The notes: generated from the sequence alone by a model not told the origin. Positions 1-13,880 are shown, counted from the first letter of the stretch. The stretch: DNA of 64,000 nucleotides from Squalus acanthias (GCA_030390025.1 CM059433.1:28150001-28214000), one strand, 5' to 3'. A program made the numbers and translations.

Positions 1-492
1 CTAAATCCAGTAGCAACAAAGATTTGGGGAGGAACATTGAGCCAGAAATCTAGGAATTATTTTAACTAGATTAGGTGTTTGGTTGGGAGGTGGGGTGTGG
101 GGGAGGAGGAGAGCGGGGGAGGAGGAGAGCGGGGGAGGTACGAAGGTAGCCCGATCAGATATGACTGATGATAGGGTAGAAGGTAGTTAACAGGAGGGTA
201 TAGACACAGGAACACAAGCACATTGGTGAACCAGACACCAGGAAAAGGCAGACATTGAATGTGGCAAATCAGTTATTCCCCACTGATTGTGTCGATTTTC
301 TGAATGCCTTTTCTTTAACCTATGTACATCAAGGCTCTCCCCAAAGAGGTTTACACACATTTATTTGTAATAGAAACCATTGGATAAAAATACAATGGTC
401 AGTCATTTAGTAGCTGCTGGCTAAATGTGACCATTACTATGATCCTAGGTTATAAATTTGTTATAGGATTCAAGAGGAGGAAAAAAAAAAAA

Positions 493-965
493 AGAGAAAG
501 TTGCATTTCTATAGTGCCTTTTACAACCTCAGGACATCTCAAAGCACTTTACAGCCAATGAAGCACTTTTGAAGTGTAGTCACTGTTATAATGTAGGAAA
601 CGAGGCAGGCAATTGCACACAGCAAGATCCCACAAACAACAATGACCAGATCATCTGTTTTTTTTTGGTAATGTTGGTTGAGGGATAAATATTGGCCAGG
701 ACACCGGGCATAACTTCCCTGTTCTTCTTTGACGAATGCCATGGGATCTTTTACATCCACCTGAGAGGACAGACGGGGTCTCGGCTTAACATCTCAGCCA
801 AAAGATGGCACCTCCGACTGTGCAGCGCTCTCAGTAGTGCAGCACTCCTTCAGTACTGCACTGGAGTGTCAGCCTCGATTATGTGCTCAAGTCTCTGGAG
901 TGGGACATGAAGCCATGACCTTGTCTCAGAGGCGAGAGTGCTACCCATTGGCCCACAAATGACAC
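493..965 (-). mobile_element. tRNA-derived DeuSINE (SacSINE1/AmnSINE1-like)
   Basis: Deu-domain core (TTTCGGATGAGACGTTAAACCGAGG...ATTGCTGTTTGTGGGA) and AAATGCAA tail. Further copies at about 11875-12330(+), 15200-15345(-), 16042-16470(+), 17985-18540(-), 19895-20250(+), 29175-29460, 37275-37600(+), 37614-37943(-), 43755-44005(-), 58968-59300 and 63055-63245(+). Confidence 0.8.
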
Positions 966-1659
966 CGTGGGGGAAAGGGGAGGAAAGAGAAAGAGCAATT
1001 TGGTATGTAACATTTTTTACCAACAACATGGAGCATCCCAGAACAAATAAATTCAGTATTCCCCAGTTTGACCCTTGATTCACAGCAAGTTCCCATGCAG
1101 TAAAGTCATTCATTCCAGTTCACTGGGACAGCTTTCACTTCTAGCCTGCATGGGAGGGGGTAGTCTGTAGGAAGGTGCCTCTAAATGGAACTCATTTATA
1201 GAACTAGTCTAATCAAAAAAATTCAGTTATGCTGCCACAAAAAGAAGGCGGATTCATATCTGACATTTACAAAGCTTTTGAGGCATTTTAGCTGCTTCGG
1301 TCTCATGACAAAATTTATTCAGTGGCACTAACTCAGAACATGCATAATCTTTGGACTAAAGGCGCTCATCTTGTTAAAGAATGTTACTAGACCACAAAAA
1401 AGACAATAAAACAAGCAACACATTGCCTCGATCGTGTACTTAGACATCAAATCTACTTTTAGTGTTTCAAAAGGATTAATTAAAGAGTGAGAAAGTTGAC
1501 AATGGGAAGTTTATACTTATTCTTTTTAAGTCCACCAGTTACTCTAAAGCCAGCTCCACCCAAGTGGAGTCACAAGACTCTTAGTAACAGTGACCTCAGA
1601 TGCAGCCAGATGGATACAAGCAGTTGGTGATTTTACATGGATAAACAGAACTAACTTTA

Positions 1660-2110
1660 AACAACAACTTGCATTTATATAGCACCTTTAATGTAGGAAA
1701 AACATCCCAAGGCGCTTCACAGGAGTGTAATCAGACAAAATTTGACACAGTCACCAAAAGCTTCGTCAAAGAGGTAGGTTTTAAAGAGCATCTTAAAGGA
1801 GGAGAGAGGTAGAGAGGCGGAGAGGTTTAGGGAATTAGAGCTTAGGGCCTAGGCAGCTGAAGGCACGGTCACCAATAGTGGAGCGAGGAAAATCGGGGCG
1901 CGCAAAAGGCCAAAATTGGAGAGCGCAGAGAGCTGAAGGTTGTAGGAGGTTACAGAAATAGGATGGGGCGAGGTGATGGAGAGATTTGAACGAGGATAAG
2001 AATTTTAAAATCGTGGCATTGCTGGACTAATAGCCAATGTAGGTCAATGAGCACAGGGGTGATATGGGTGAACGGGAATGGTGCGAGTTAAGATTCAGGC
2101 AGCAGAGCTT
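1660..2110 (-). mobile_element. L2-clade LINE 3' end
   Basis: Encodes the L2 C-terminal pattern HWL...FKIL...GPKLWNSLP...FKTLLKTYLF. Tail GCTATATAAATGCAAGTTGTTG is shared with the DeuSINE. Further copies at about 15590-15980(+), 21340-21705(-), 25877-27855(-), 31265-31715(-) and 40245-40435(+). Confidence 0.8.
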
Positions 2111-2111
2111 T

Positions 2112-5010
2112 TTATTTCTTCATTGATGGGATGTGGGAAAATGTTGGCAAAGCCAGCATTTATTGCCCATCCCTAATTGCCCTCGAGAAGGTGGTGGTGA
2201 GCCGCCTTCTTGAACTGCTGCAGTCCGTGTGGTGAAGGTACTCCCACAGTGCTGTTGGGCAAGGAATTCCAGGATTTTGACCCAACGACAAAGGAACAGC
2301 AATATATTTCCAAGTCAGGATGGCATGTGCCTTGGAGGGGAACTTTGAGGTGATGGTGTTCCCATGCATCTGCTGCCCTTGTCCTTCTCAGTGGTAGAGG
2401 TCACGGGTTTGGGAGGTGCTATTGAAGAAGCCTCACTGAGCTGCTGCAATGCATCTTGTAGATGTGTAGCCACATTGCACCGGTGGTGGAGGGAATGAAT
2501 GTTTAAGGTGGTAGATGGGGTACCAATCAAGCGGGCTGCTTTGTCCTGGATGGTGTCGAGCTTCTTGAGTGTTGTTGGAGCTGCACTCATCCAGGCAAGT
2601 GGAGAGTATTTCATCACACTCCTTACTTGTGCCTTGTAGATGGTGGAAAGGCTTTGGGGAGGCAGGAGGGGAGACACTCACCACAGAATACCCAGCCTCT
2701 GACCTGCTCATGTTGCCACAGTATTTATGTGGCTGGTCCAGTTAAGTTTCTGGTCAATGGTGACCCCCAGGATGTTGATAGTGGGGGATTCAGCGATGGT
2801 AATCCCCTGTCATCGAGAGGTGGTTAGACTCTATCTTGTTGGACATAGTCATTGCCTGGCACTTGTGTGGCACGAATATTTCTTGCCACTTACCAGCCCA
2901 AGCCTGAATGTCATCCAGGTCTTGCTGCATGTGGGCATGGACTGCTTCATTATCTGAGGAGTTGCGAATGGAACTGAACACTGCAGTCATCAGCGAACAT
3001 CCCCACTTCTGACCTTGAGGGAGGGAAGTTCATTGATGAAGCAGCTAAAGATGGTTGGGCCGAGGACACTGCCCTGAGGAACTCCTGCAGTGATCTCTTG
3101 GGGCGGATATGATTGGCCTCCAACAACCATCTTCCTTTGTGCTAAGTATGACACCAGCCAGTGGAGAATTTCCCCCCAGATTCCCATTGACTTCAGTTTG
3201 ACTAGGGCTCCTTGATGCCACACTGTCAAATGCTGCCTTGATGTCAAGGGCAGTTACTCTCACTTTACCCCTGGAATTCAGGTCTTTTGTCCACATTTGG
3301 ACTAAGGCTGTAATCAGGTCTGGAGCAGTGTGGTCCTGGAGGAAGCCAAACTGAGCATTGGTGAACAGGTTATTGGTGAGGAAGTGCCACTTGATGGCAC
3401 TGTCGACGACACCTTCCATCACTTTGTTGATGATTGAGAGTACACTGATGGGCCGTAATTGGCCAGATTGGATTTGTCCTGATTTTTGTGGACAGGACAT
3501 ACCTGGGCAGTTTTCCACATTGTCCGATAGATGCCAGTGTTATAGCTGTACTGGAACAGCTTGGGTTGAGGCACGGCTAGTTTTGGAGCACGTCTTCAGC
3601 AAGACAGCCAAGGATGTTGTCAGGGTCTTCGCCGTATCCAATACACTCAGCCGTTACTTGATTTTTTATTTATTCGTTCATGGGATGTGGGCGTTGCTGG
3701 CAAGACCGGCATTTATGAGCCGCCTTCTTGAACCGCTGCAGTCCTTCTGGTAAAGGTACTTTCACAGTGCTGACTTTGTTGTAGCAGTACAACTGAGTGG
3801 CTTGCTCAGCCATTTCAGAGGGCAGTTAAGAGTCAACATATCTGGAGTCACATAGGCCAGACCGGCTAAGGATGGCAGGTTTCCTTCCCTGAAGGACATT
3901 AGTGAACCAGTTGGGTTTTTATGATAATCCGGTAGTTTCATGGTCACCATTACTGATACTAGCTTTTTAACTCCAGATTTTTATTTAATTAACTGAATTT
4001 AAATTCCCCCAGCTACCCTGGTGGGATTTGAACTCACGTCTCCGGATTATTCGTCCAGGCCTCTGGATTACTCGTCCAGTAACATAACCACTATGCTACC
4101 ATACCCCTAAATATCACGTGGAGTGAATCAAATTGGCTGAAGACTGGCTTCTATGATGGTGGGGACCTCAGGAGGAGGCCGAGATGGATCATCCACTTGG
4201 CACTTCTGGCTGAAGGTGGTTGCAAACGCTTCAGCCATGTCTTTTGCACTCACATACTGGGCTCCGCCATCATTGAGAATGGGGATGTTCATGGAGCTGC
4301 CTCCTCCTCCTCCAGTTAGTTGTTTAATTGTCCACCACCATTCACGACTGGATGTGGTAGGAACGCATAACTCAGATCTGATCCATTGGTTGTGGGATCA
4401 CTTAGCTCTGTCTATAGCACACACGTAATCCTGTGTTGTAGCTTCACCAGGTTGGCATCTCATTTTTAGGTACGCCTGGTGGTGCTCCTGGCATGCTCTT
4501 CTACATCCCTCGTTGAACCAGGGTTGGTCCCCTGGCTTGATGGCAATGGTAGAGTGAGGGATATGCCAGGCCATGAGGTTACAGATTGTGGCAGAATATA
4601 ATTCTGCTGCTGCCCCACAGTGCCTCATGGAAGCCCAGTTTTGAGCTGCTAGATCTATTCTGAATCCATCCCATTTAGCATGGTGGTAGTGCCACGCAAC
4701 ACGATGGAAGGTGTCCTCAGTGTGAAGATGGTACTTCATCTCCACAAGGACTGTGCGGTGGTCACTCTACCAATACTGTGATAGATAGATGCATCTGCAA
4801 CAGGTAGATTGGTGAGGAGGAGGTCAAGTGGGGTTTTTCCCCTTGTGTTGGTTTTCTCACCACTTGCCTCAGGCCCAGTCTTGCAACTGCATCCTTCAGG
4901 GCTAGGCCAGCTCGGTCAGTAGTGGTGCTACCGAGCCACTCTTGGTGATGGGCATTAAAGTCCCCCATCCAGAGTTCATTCTGTGCCCTTGCTACCCTCA
5001 GTGCTTCTTC
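2112..5010 (-). mobile_element. CR1-group LINE-derived element ('family B'), 5'-truncated, degraded EN+RT
   Basis: ORF fragments WMGDFNAHHQEWLG (APE endonuclease), GVPQGSVLGPTIFSCFIN (RT) and YKAQVRSVM. 3' tail shared with 55600-55697. Confidence 0.9.
3661..4107 (-). mobile_element. tRNA-derived SINE (short form of family B) nested in a family B copy
   Basis: Minus-strand TAGCATAGTGG (A box) and GTTCAAATCC (B box). Body matches 32190-32490, tail matches the family B 3' end. Host sequence resumes at about 4110. Confidence 0.8.
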
Positions 5011-8000
5011 TAATGTTTTGGATGATCTGAAGTGCATGGAGGGTGGAAGGTGGGATGCTGGCCAGGAGAGGTAACCAAGGTATTTCCAGCAGCAGATGAG
5101 CCAAGGCAGGGGCAGAGATGGGGTGTTAAAACCAACTGTCTTTAAAGCTTTTGCTTGCCCCCAGCATAAACTGAAAATGGCAATGACTGAAATACAATCC
5201 TCAATGGAAATATGTGGGCTGAAGTCCAGCAACAGTACATCGCAGCTCCAACATTCCAACACAGCTACGACAGAGTACCATGGTCCTGCATACAGCAGGC
5301 CACCATTCTCAACATTTCACAAGCACCTCTCAGCAGCCGGCTATAGAGAGGCACCGACAGGAGGTCTCCAGGCTGTCTGGTCGCTACAGATGATGTGGGG
5401 AGAAAAATAAAATAAGACTTGCAAGGTGGTGGGGAAAAAATCCATGTAGATTCAATGGCATGACTTTGGCATGCAAACTAGCACTCCATATTACTGAACA
5501 CGAAGAGTAGATTGGAGAACCAATGAGGGGAGCTTGGAGAAGGGTTGTCCCAATACAGGAACGGTTTCCAGCAGTAGGACTGGCACGGCCAAACATTCCA
5601 AATCACAAATAATTTTAGCATCAAAGAACCAATTCCTCAAAGCGTCTCCTGTAACATGGAAATGGTGCAACCAGCGAGGTAAATATTACCTCTTATTTAA
5701 ACCACAGCACCGCTCAGGCTAGTTGCATTATTATTACTGGTGCGTCAGTTTGCACTTTGGATGGATAATAGGACAACCCAACATGAAATATTGTCAAATA
5801 CACCAGTTGACTGAACAATGTAAAATTTCACACTTGACTGAATACAAGCATAATACACAAAATGAAGACTACTTTTAGGAGCAAAAGAAAACATTAAAAT
5901 TTCTAAGTCCTACAGGGCTTGTACTCTGTACTAAAATGCTAAGAGCAGTCTACATAGAGCAAACCCTTTAAAAAAGCCCACTTACTGCAGCTAGGTTACC
6001 CATTTTCAGACCACATTGTCAATTCCGTATAATGTACATTTAAAACTAAGATAATTCAGATTCACAAAACAGGCAACTGAAGAATTGTCATAATATATTA
6101 AGAAAATAAGTTGCAATGACATTTTAACAATGAAAAATGCTGCATTGAACAGAATAAATACTCAATTGCCTATTAACCATCAGAAAAAAGTTAACACTAG
6201 ATGGATCTTTTATTTTGAAATAAAGTTGCACAACAGTTGCAGGAATTAAGTCCCAAAATGTTGGTCACCAGTGTTGACCCACCATGAGTGACGAGCATTT
6301 CACAGAGAAAGTGAAAAATCACAGTATAAAGCTTTTTGTGCTTTTCCCCAGATAATCTTAACAGTTGCCTATTAATTTACCTTAATTGCAGGACATTAGT
6401 TGACAATAGGATACCTGCAGACTCTTGGTATATTTGTTATAAGCTGAATTGTGTACTGCCAGCATGAATATTTCAGAAAATTCAAGTTTAAAAATCAACA
6501 TCAAATTCACATTAAAGGTGAAGAGGGAAGAGAAATCTTTGAACTCTGTAGGAGGAGACATATTAAGAACGGACTTCATTGTTGTGATACGAGTGCAGGA
6601 GAACAAGAAGCCAAGATTCCACTCCTGATGCATCATCCAATTCTGTCCCTCAGAGAGTGCAGCAACTGCTCTTTCCACAGCTGACTCCCTGCTAGTTACA
6701 TTATGCAACAGCTGAGATGAGATCTAATTTTGTTCATTTACAGTTTAATCCTGTTTAAAACGTGGATTAAAATAGTGAACACGCCCATAACTGACAATGC
6801 CAATACACTGTGCAACACTGCCTGATTCTGACAATCTGCAACAACTTGTATTTATACAGCGCCTTGAACTCGTAAAACGTCCCAAGGTGCTTCACAGGAG
6901 CGTTACCAGACAAAAATTGACACCAAACAACACAAGGAGGTATTTGGACAGGTGACCTAAAGCTTGGTAAAAGAATAGAAGGGGAGATCCACAACGCATC
7001 TCAGTACGACAGTATACTAAATACTTCATTGATCAGTGATGTAATGCAGCTTTTAACTGTGTATTAAACAAAATATATCAACTTTGACAAATAAAACTGA
7101 GTCAATCACCAGTTTCTCACGTGGAAATCTTACTTCTCAACAAACTCAATGAGTAAAGATATCAAATGCTAGACTGACCAGGAAGGTCCCGTGGTCTGTG
7201 CCAAGGAAATACATCTCAACTAGGGTGGGACTGGTGAGCACTGCAGTTGGCCTCGAGAGGAGGAGGAAGTCAACCAGAGGTACGAATCCCTGATTACTAT
7301 CCAGTGACCGCTGCAGGAAAGTGTCTGTGCACAAAAATCAGTGCAGGATGTGGTCAGGGGCAGCTGTCGCACCTCACAGTCAAGGCTATGCTGATAAAGA
7401 ATGAGCACTTGGTCAAGGTACTAGAGGCCTGTCAGTAACAGAAGGGCTGTACCCAGTCAACAGCTTCAGTGGACTAGCAGAAACTGGGAGAGAGGGTGTG
7501 GTAAAAAGAGAAGGAAGAGTAAGGGGGAAAAAAGTGTCTCCTGCTCCACAACACACCATGGAGCATACTTAAAAATCATATGACTCCTCCCAGTGTAAGA
7601 CAATACTCCTCTGTCAATTAAAGCCAACAGTCAAATGGTACTTATTGACAAGAGAGGAGATTCTACTACTTATGTACATGCTCCATCCATTCTTACGCCT
7701 CGGTCAGAAAAAAAAATGAAATATGAAAATTTCAAACACGGCAGTGTACAATGTATACATCCTCAAAAAAATCCATTAAAGAGCCAGGAGGAGAGACGAG
7801 ATTTTTTTTTTTTAAATAAACGCAGCGAGTTATGATGATCTGGAATGCACTGTCTGAAAGGGTGGTGAAAACAGATTCAACAGTAACTTTCAAAAGGGAA
7901 TTGGATAAATACTTGAAACGGAAAAAATTGCAGGGCTTTGGGGAAAGAGTGGGACGAACTGGATAGCTCGTTCAAAGAGCCGGCCCAAGCGTGCTGGGCC

Positions 8001-8818
8001 GAGTGGCCTCCTTCTGTGCTGCAAGATTCTATTCTATATTCCGCTCATCAATCTGCCAACGTGGTTACAATAATACTGCCTCAATTGTTCCCTTCTCTGC
8101 ACTGGATAGCACTTCACTGCACGAATGGACAAAAGGTGTCCTCATTTCTTCATAACTGCTTGGCAGATTTATTTGGCCGTTATAAAAAAAACGTTGAGTC
8201 ATTTCATCCCAAGTTATCTTCAGAATTGATCCAATGACTAAGCAGAATTATCACCTCAAAACAATTCCGGTCTCTTTAAAAAGATGAATACACTCACAAA
8301 TGCAACAGATTGAGATTCCTGACTGCTGGGCTGCAATCCTTGTTACAGCATGTGTATCACATTAGACAGGAGGAGTTAAGGTCGTTTGACTGCTATCAAT
8401 AAGAGCTTCAAGTGTTACACATCACAGGCCAAGTAACAGGGCCAGATCTCAAAATAATCAGATGGGGGGGGGGGCAAGGTCTGGGCAAATTGGGACACAG
8501 CAATAATTATTATTTATAGAAACTTAGATATGGAAAAAATAACAGTAAAAATCCAGTCAGGCATCAGTAGGGAGGACTATGAATATAAATCTCAGTCTCT
8601 GGATTTATATTTCTGTACACACACACACACACACACACAACATCCTCTCAAAAAATCCTTTCCATCAGATTGTGTCTGAATCAACCAAAAAAGGGGCAAG
8701 ACTGCACTGCTGACAAAACACTTCATTTAGTGTTTAACACGGTCCAATCATTCGGGACAATACAGGAGCCAAAAGAAAGACTAAACCGTTAGCTTAACCC
8801 CAGTTAAAGCGGATTTAC

Positions 8819-8918
8819 CTTTATACCGTTCCAGCACGTCTTCATAAGCCTGCAGATACTCCAGTTCATCGGCGTAATAGTAAGCAGCGGGTGTGAAGCC
8901 CGGGGTGTAGCCGGCCAT
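8819..8918 (-). CDS. DST: Dystonin isoform-1 (BPAG1a1-type) alternative first coding exon
   Basis: Encodes MAGYTPGFTPAAYYYADELEYLQAYEDVLERYK then G|gtaaat. Phase 1, the same as exon 4, so both can splice to the shared CH-domain exon, which I did not find in this window. Confidence 0.93.
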
Positions 8919-9774
8919 GGGTGCTTGAAGGAGCGGTCGACACCGTCTCGCCAGCTCTCCTTCAACTTGAGGAGAAGGTCTGACACACACACACACCAAG
9001 GGCTGGGAACTTGGGAGAGCCAGGCGCCGGGGGCGAGCTGCTTGTAGGACCGCCCTGGAGACGGCAGCACCAATGGTGAGAGTTAGCCCTGCCCTCATCC
9101 TTTCCAATGTATCTCCTCCCCTTCAACAGGGTTGGCGGAGAGAGAGAAGCCATGGACACCGGCTCTGGTCACTGCTTCCCCCCTTGCTTCGTCCTCTCGC
9201 CTCTCCCGTCAAAAACAGAAGCTACAGCGACCGACTGCAAATCACTGCCCCAACCTCCCCTCACCGGTCTGTCTTGTCTTGTCCCACAGACACCCTGGAT
9301 CTCTGAGCCAGACTGAACCACACACACACACGGGATAAAAAAATGCCCCCATCACCGACTGCAAATGTTTGAAGTACATTGTTTTCATTTATTTTGTTAA
9401 ACAGACTGCAGAAGATGGCGTGGGATCTCTCCCTATTGTGTGTACACTGCAGGGAGAGGGATGAAATCATTCCACCATGCAGAAGTCTTGACTAATGCAT
9501 ATTTACATTAGATTTTTTTTTTAAAGGATCTTTACGTAGAAATTTTAGAAATGAGCCAAAAAATTACATAGATTTTCACAATGCCCCTGTATTTGGGTTG
9601 CAACTGAGCATGTCTGGGTGTGAAACAGTTACACACACACCTCGGTTCACCTTTGGCTGGGTGAAGGTTGGGCACCTGGTTACTCGGGAAAAAAGGTAAC
9701 AGAAAAAATATCCCTCAAGACAATTTGTGGGAAGGAATTCTACACACTATATTAAACCTAGGCTGCTCTTCATT

Positions 9775-10030
9775 TATACTATAATATATTATATTACAGT
9801 ACATTATTATATGGTATTATAGTACATTATATTAGTGTATATAGAGTAGATTGTAGTATATGGTATTATAGTATATATAGTACAGTATTAGTGTATAGAG
9901 TAGATTGTAATATATGGTATTATAGTATATATCGTACAGTATATTAGTGTATATAGAGTAGATTGTAGTATATGGTATTATAGTACATTATATTAAGTGT
10001 ATATAGAGTAGAATGTAATACAGTATATAT
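9775..10030. repeat. AT-rich minisatellite, unit about 50-55 bp, about 4 copies
   Basis: Recurring TATATGGTATTATAGTA...TTAGTGTATATAGAGTAGATTGTA. Confidence 0.85.
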
Positions 10031-10390
10031 AAATATCAATGGAGAAGGCCAGGAAATTGTACCAATCAGACCAAATCTGTACATGACCAATATCAAGCAC
10101 ATCAATCACATCGAGTTAAGGGGGGGTATCTGATTACAATGGGAATAAATGAAGGTAAAACATGGTGCAATGCTCGTCGGCTTCACACACCACTCTTAAC
10201 TAATATCCTTTCAATTCAATAGAACAAATGATGGCTTTCAGCTAAAAGGAAGGAAATAAAATCGAAGGCGTCTAGATAGCAGTATGTAACCATGCCCATC
10301 CTGCGGCTCTAATGTACAAGAAGTGTCCTCAATGTGTGCTGTGCAGAGCATTCCAGATTTTAAAATGATAAATAATAAATCAATCCTCAC

Positions 10391-10595
10391 CGGCTATCCT
10401 GAGAACGGCTCTTTCTGCCGGGTCAAGCACCGAACCTTGAATTTTTCTCTTGGACCTCTCGTGTTTCGGCAGGTTCCACGGCAGAGTGTCCCCGGGAGCT
10501 GGCGAGACAGTCCCTGATCTTTGGCCAAAATCATCCTCTTCGTCGGAATAATCGGCAGAAGACATGGAGCAGGGGCGAGAGCTGCTCCCGACACT
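10391..10595 (-). CDS. DST: Dystonin isoform-2 exon 4
   Basis: ccctgtacag|AGT...GCCG|gtgagg, 205 bp, phase 0/1. Encodes ...SPAPGDTLPWNLPKHERSKRKIQGSVLDPAERAVLRIA, the spectraplakin segment that precedes the CH1 (DERD...) exon. Confidence 0.95.
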
Positions 10596-11874
10596 CTGTA
10601 CAGGGAGAGAGGGAGGGGCGGGGAGGTGGGAGAGTGAGACAGACAAAAGATCAAATGAAACAGACACATAGACATTCATTGGTTGGTAAATGGGGAGTAG
10701 GACACATGATTTGAACAAAAACACATTTAAAAAAAATAATCAACCTATGTCTTTTTTCTCTCTCTCTCAAGCTAATTAACAGACTTTCACTTTTAATACG
10801 GATGTGTTTCCAAAACATAAGACTGATTTCTTATTACCGACCAAAACACACAAAAACCATGAACATGGGAGGAGGGGAGGGGGAATATTTCTGCTTGCAA
10901 CAAATTGTATTTGTCTCCCCCATCAGGGCTAACATAGACTTACCATGGTTCACAGGAAGCGATTCCTCCACAAATCTTTCTTTTGTTGGTGCAGATTTTT
11001 GATATTTTTAAATAATTATATTGTTTCTGTTGCACAGAGAGAGAGAGAAAAGCAGTACCACCACACCCAGACAGTGGCACTGTGGTTCTCTCCGACGCCT
11101 TACTGAGTACCAGTGTTGCTTGCAAACCCTCCCTAGAGTGTGCAGATTGACGAGGTGAGTCTTTTAAAAATCAACCAGTGCAACCCAACCGAAACTCCGC
11201 ACTGGTCAATTGCAGCCAGCCGCCGCTTTATGGAGCCGCAGTTCCGGCTAAAGCGAGCTTTGGGTTCAGTGCATCACTCGGTGACTCACCAGCCTGTTTA
11301 AGGTTTTTTTTCTCTAAGTCACACAACAATGTCTTTTGTTTAACCAAACGTTGAGACACACATCATTATTATTTATAAGGGTTGCGCCGGCCTCCTGGTA
11401 CATTGGGTAAATCTGTCAACATCCCCTTTTCCCGTCACATCCAATTCACGAATTAACCAACTCGTGCTTTTCCGACAGACGCCCCCCAGTCCCCCGCCCC
11501 AGCGAAAGCCCAATGGGTCCCAGGTCGGCAGGGATTGGCTGAACCTGAACGTCAGTCTCTACAAGGGAGGAGATGCACTGACAGTCACTGGTCGCATCCC
11601 AGACATTTCCCTGCATCACAGAGGCAAAACATGAATAAAGGGAGGGTGTAAGTACCCGGAAATGGTTACAGTTTTAGCGAGGGGGGTCAACCAAATTTAT
11701 TATTGGCACACCACTCCGTCCCCACGAGAAAGACTGGTCATATTCGGTGTAAGTGCTTGAAGAGTAACATTTTGCAGGGCTGTGGGAAAAGAGCAAGGGA
11801 GTAGGACCATTTGGATAGCTTTCTCAAAGAGCTGGCAAAGGCACGATTGACCAAATAGCCTATTTCTGTGCTGT

Positions 11875-12330
11875 ATCAGCCGTGGCTCCGTTGGTAGCAA
11901 CCTCGCCTCTGAGTCAGAAAGTTGTGGGTTCAAGTCCCACTTTAGAGACTTGAGCACAAAAATCTAGGCTAACACTCCAGTACAGTACTGAGGGAGCTTC
12001 CGCTGCACTGTCGGAGGTGCCGTCTTTCGGATGAGACGTTAAACCGAGGCCCTGTCTGCTCTCTCAGGTAGACATAAAAGATCCTATGGCATTATTTCAA
12101 AGAAGAGTAGGGGAGTTATCCCCAGTGTCCTGGCCAATATTTATCCCTCAGTCAACATCACTAAAACAGATTATCTGGTCATTATTACATTGCTGTTTGT
12201 GGGAGCTTGCTGTGTGTAAATTGGCTGCCGCGTTTCCTATATTACAACAGTGACTCCACTTCAAAAAGTACTTCATTGGCTGTAAAGCGCTTTGGGATGT
12301 CCAGTGGTTGTGAATGCAAGTCTTTCTTTT
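11875..12330 (+). mobile_element. Full-length DeuSINE copy
   Basis: A box TGGCTCCGTTGG, B box GGTTCAAGTCC, Deu core, L2-like tail. Confidence 0.82.
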
Positions 12331-13880
12331 ATCATTCTATGATAAAGCGGTTCCACCCCCACTTGGCCCATTGACAACAGAACATCCCAGAGTAATCAGT
12401 CAAGGTTCAATTTTATCAATCATAGAGTAACATCGAGTCTACAGCACAGAAACAGGCCATTCGGCCCAACTAGCCTATGCTGGTGTTTATGCTCCACACG
12501 AGCCTCCTCCCTCTTCATCTAATGGGGATAGGGCGGGAAAGTGGAGTTGAGGTAGAAGATCAACCATGACCTTATTGATGGCAAAGCTGGCTTGAGGGGC
12601 CATATGGCCTATTCCTGCTCCTATTTCTTATGTTCTAACCCTATCAGCATAACCTTCTATTCCTTTCTCCCTCATCTGTTTCTCTAGTTTCCCCATAAAT
12701 GCGCCTATGCTATTTGTCTCAATACCAATCAGTCCAAATATTATATATTGTTTGAACAGGGGAAAAAAGTCAAATTCTACCATTCAAACCCATATAAGAA
12801 ATTGCAACTTATTAAAATTATTACAGATAGAAATAATTTGAGGGGAAAATATATAGTTTTAGGCCAAATATTATTGCTGCTGGGTGTTTTTGTCATACAG
12901 CAGATTATACGTGAGGCTTTAAATAGATTTTATGATCACAAACTGATTTGTCATTCAAAGCATTTTAAGTGTTTAAAAGTCAAAATCATTTGATTCTCAC
13001 TCAAAAGGTCTAAAATAATCAGTTAAAAAAAATCAAAACCTGTCTCCTTGTCCAATCCAGGACAATACTACAGAATATACAATGCCAGGTACGCTCACAA
13101 GAAACTACATCAGAGATTCTGTTAGCTGGTTCCATATATTGTAGAATCAGAGAATCATACAGTACAAGAGGCGGCCATTCGGCCCATCATGCCTGTGCCA
13201 GCACTTTGAAAGAGCTCTCCAATTAGTCCCACTCCCCTGCTCTTTCCCCATAGACCTGCAATTTTTCCACTTCAAGTATATATCCAATTCCCTCTTGAAA
13301 GTTATCATTGAATCTGCTTCCACCACCTTTTCAGGCAATTTTTTTTAATACATAATTCAAATATATAATAATCCCTGAAATGTTCATTGTGTGTTATATT
13401 ATATTACTATCATTTTAAGCTGCTTGATTTCCAAGTAAGAGACACCAGTAGATTATTTCATTGGGATTCCTTGAGAATATTAGACAACTGAAAATGTACC
13501 TGAAAATGGCTGATAAAGATGTTAACTGTGCCATTAAATATAGGAAACAAGAAATTGCACAAAATGCCAGGATCTGATCCAGGACCATCACCCAGAGGAA
13601 TGAAGATCATGCCCTACAGACTCATTGGTGAAAGGATCAAACACAGCCCTGTATCTGTACTATTGGGAATGATCTGGAGTGGGGAACAGAGGTCACATCT
13701 TTGTCTGTTAATCGTTGAGAAACACCAATTTGTCTGATGTTAAAACAACACCGGCCAGATCACTCTCAGACTCTGAACTATGATGCACAGCACCTGACAC
13801 CGATTATAAATGTCAACAGCAGTAACTGAGATTATGGATATATTTTTTAATTCCCTTGGTCTGAACGTGATAATACTCAC

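Noticed and set aside
1..8800. Shared DST CH1 exon (DERDxVQKKTFTKW) or the myristoylated isoform-3 first exon
   Set aside because: Not found by eye. Presumably they lie beyond the window start.
9775..10030. CRISPR-like repeat array
   Set aside because: Tandem units without unique spacers, in a vertebrate intron with no cas genes.
11145..11295. Plus-strand donor GAG|gtgagt and AP-1-like TGACTCA as an antisense exon or enhancer
   Set aside because: Short motifs expected by chance, with no supporting acceptor or promoter evidence.
11875..11945. tRNA genes at the A/B-box sites (also 4107, 32190, 50307)
   Set aside because: The boxes continue into SINE bodies and I cannot fold a full cloverleaf. 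They are tRNA-derived heads.
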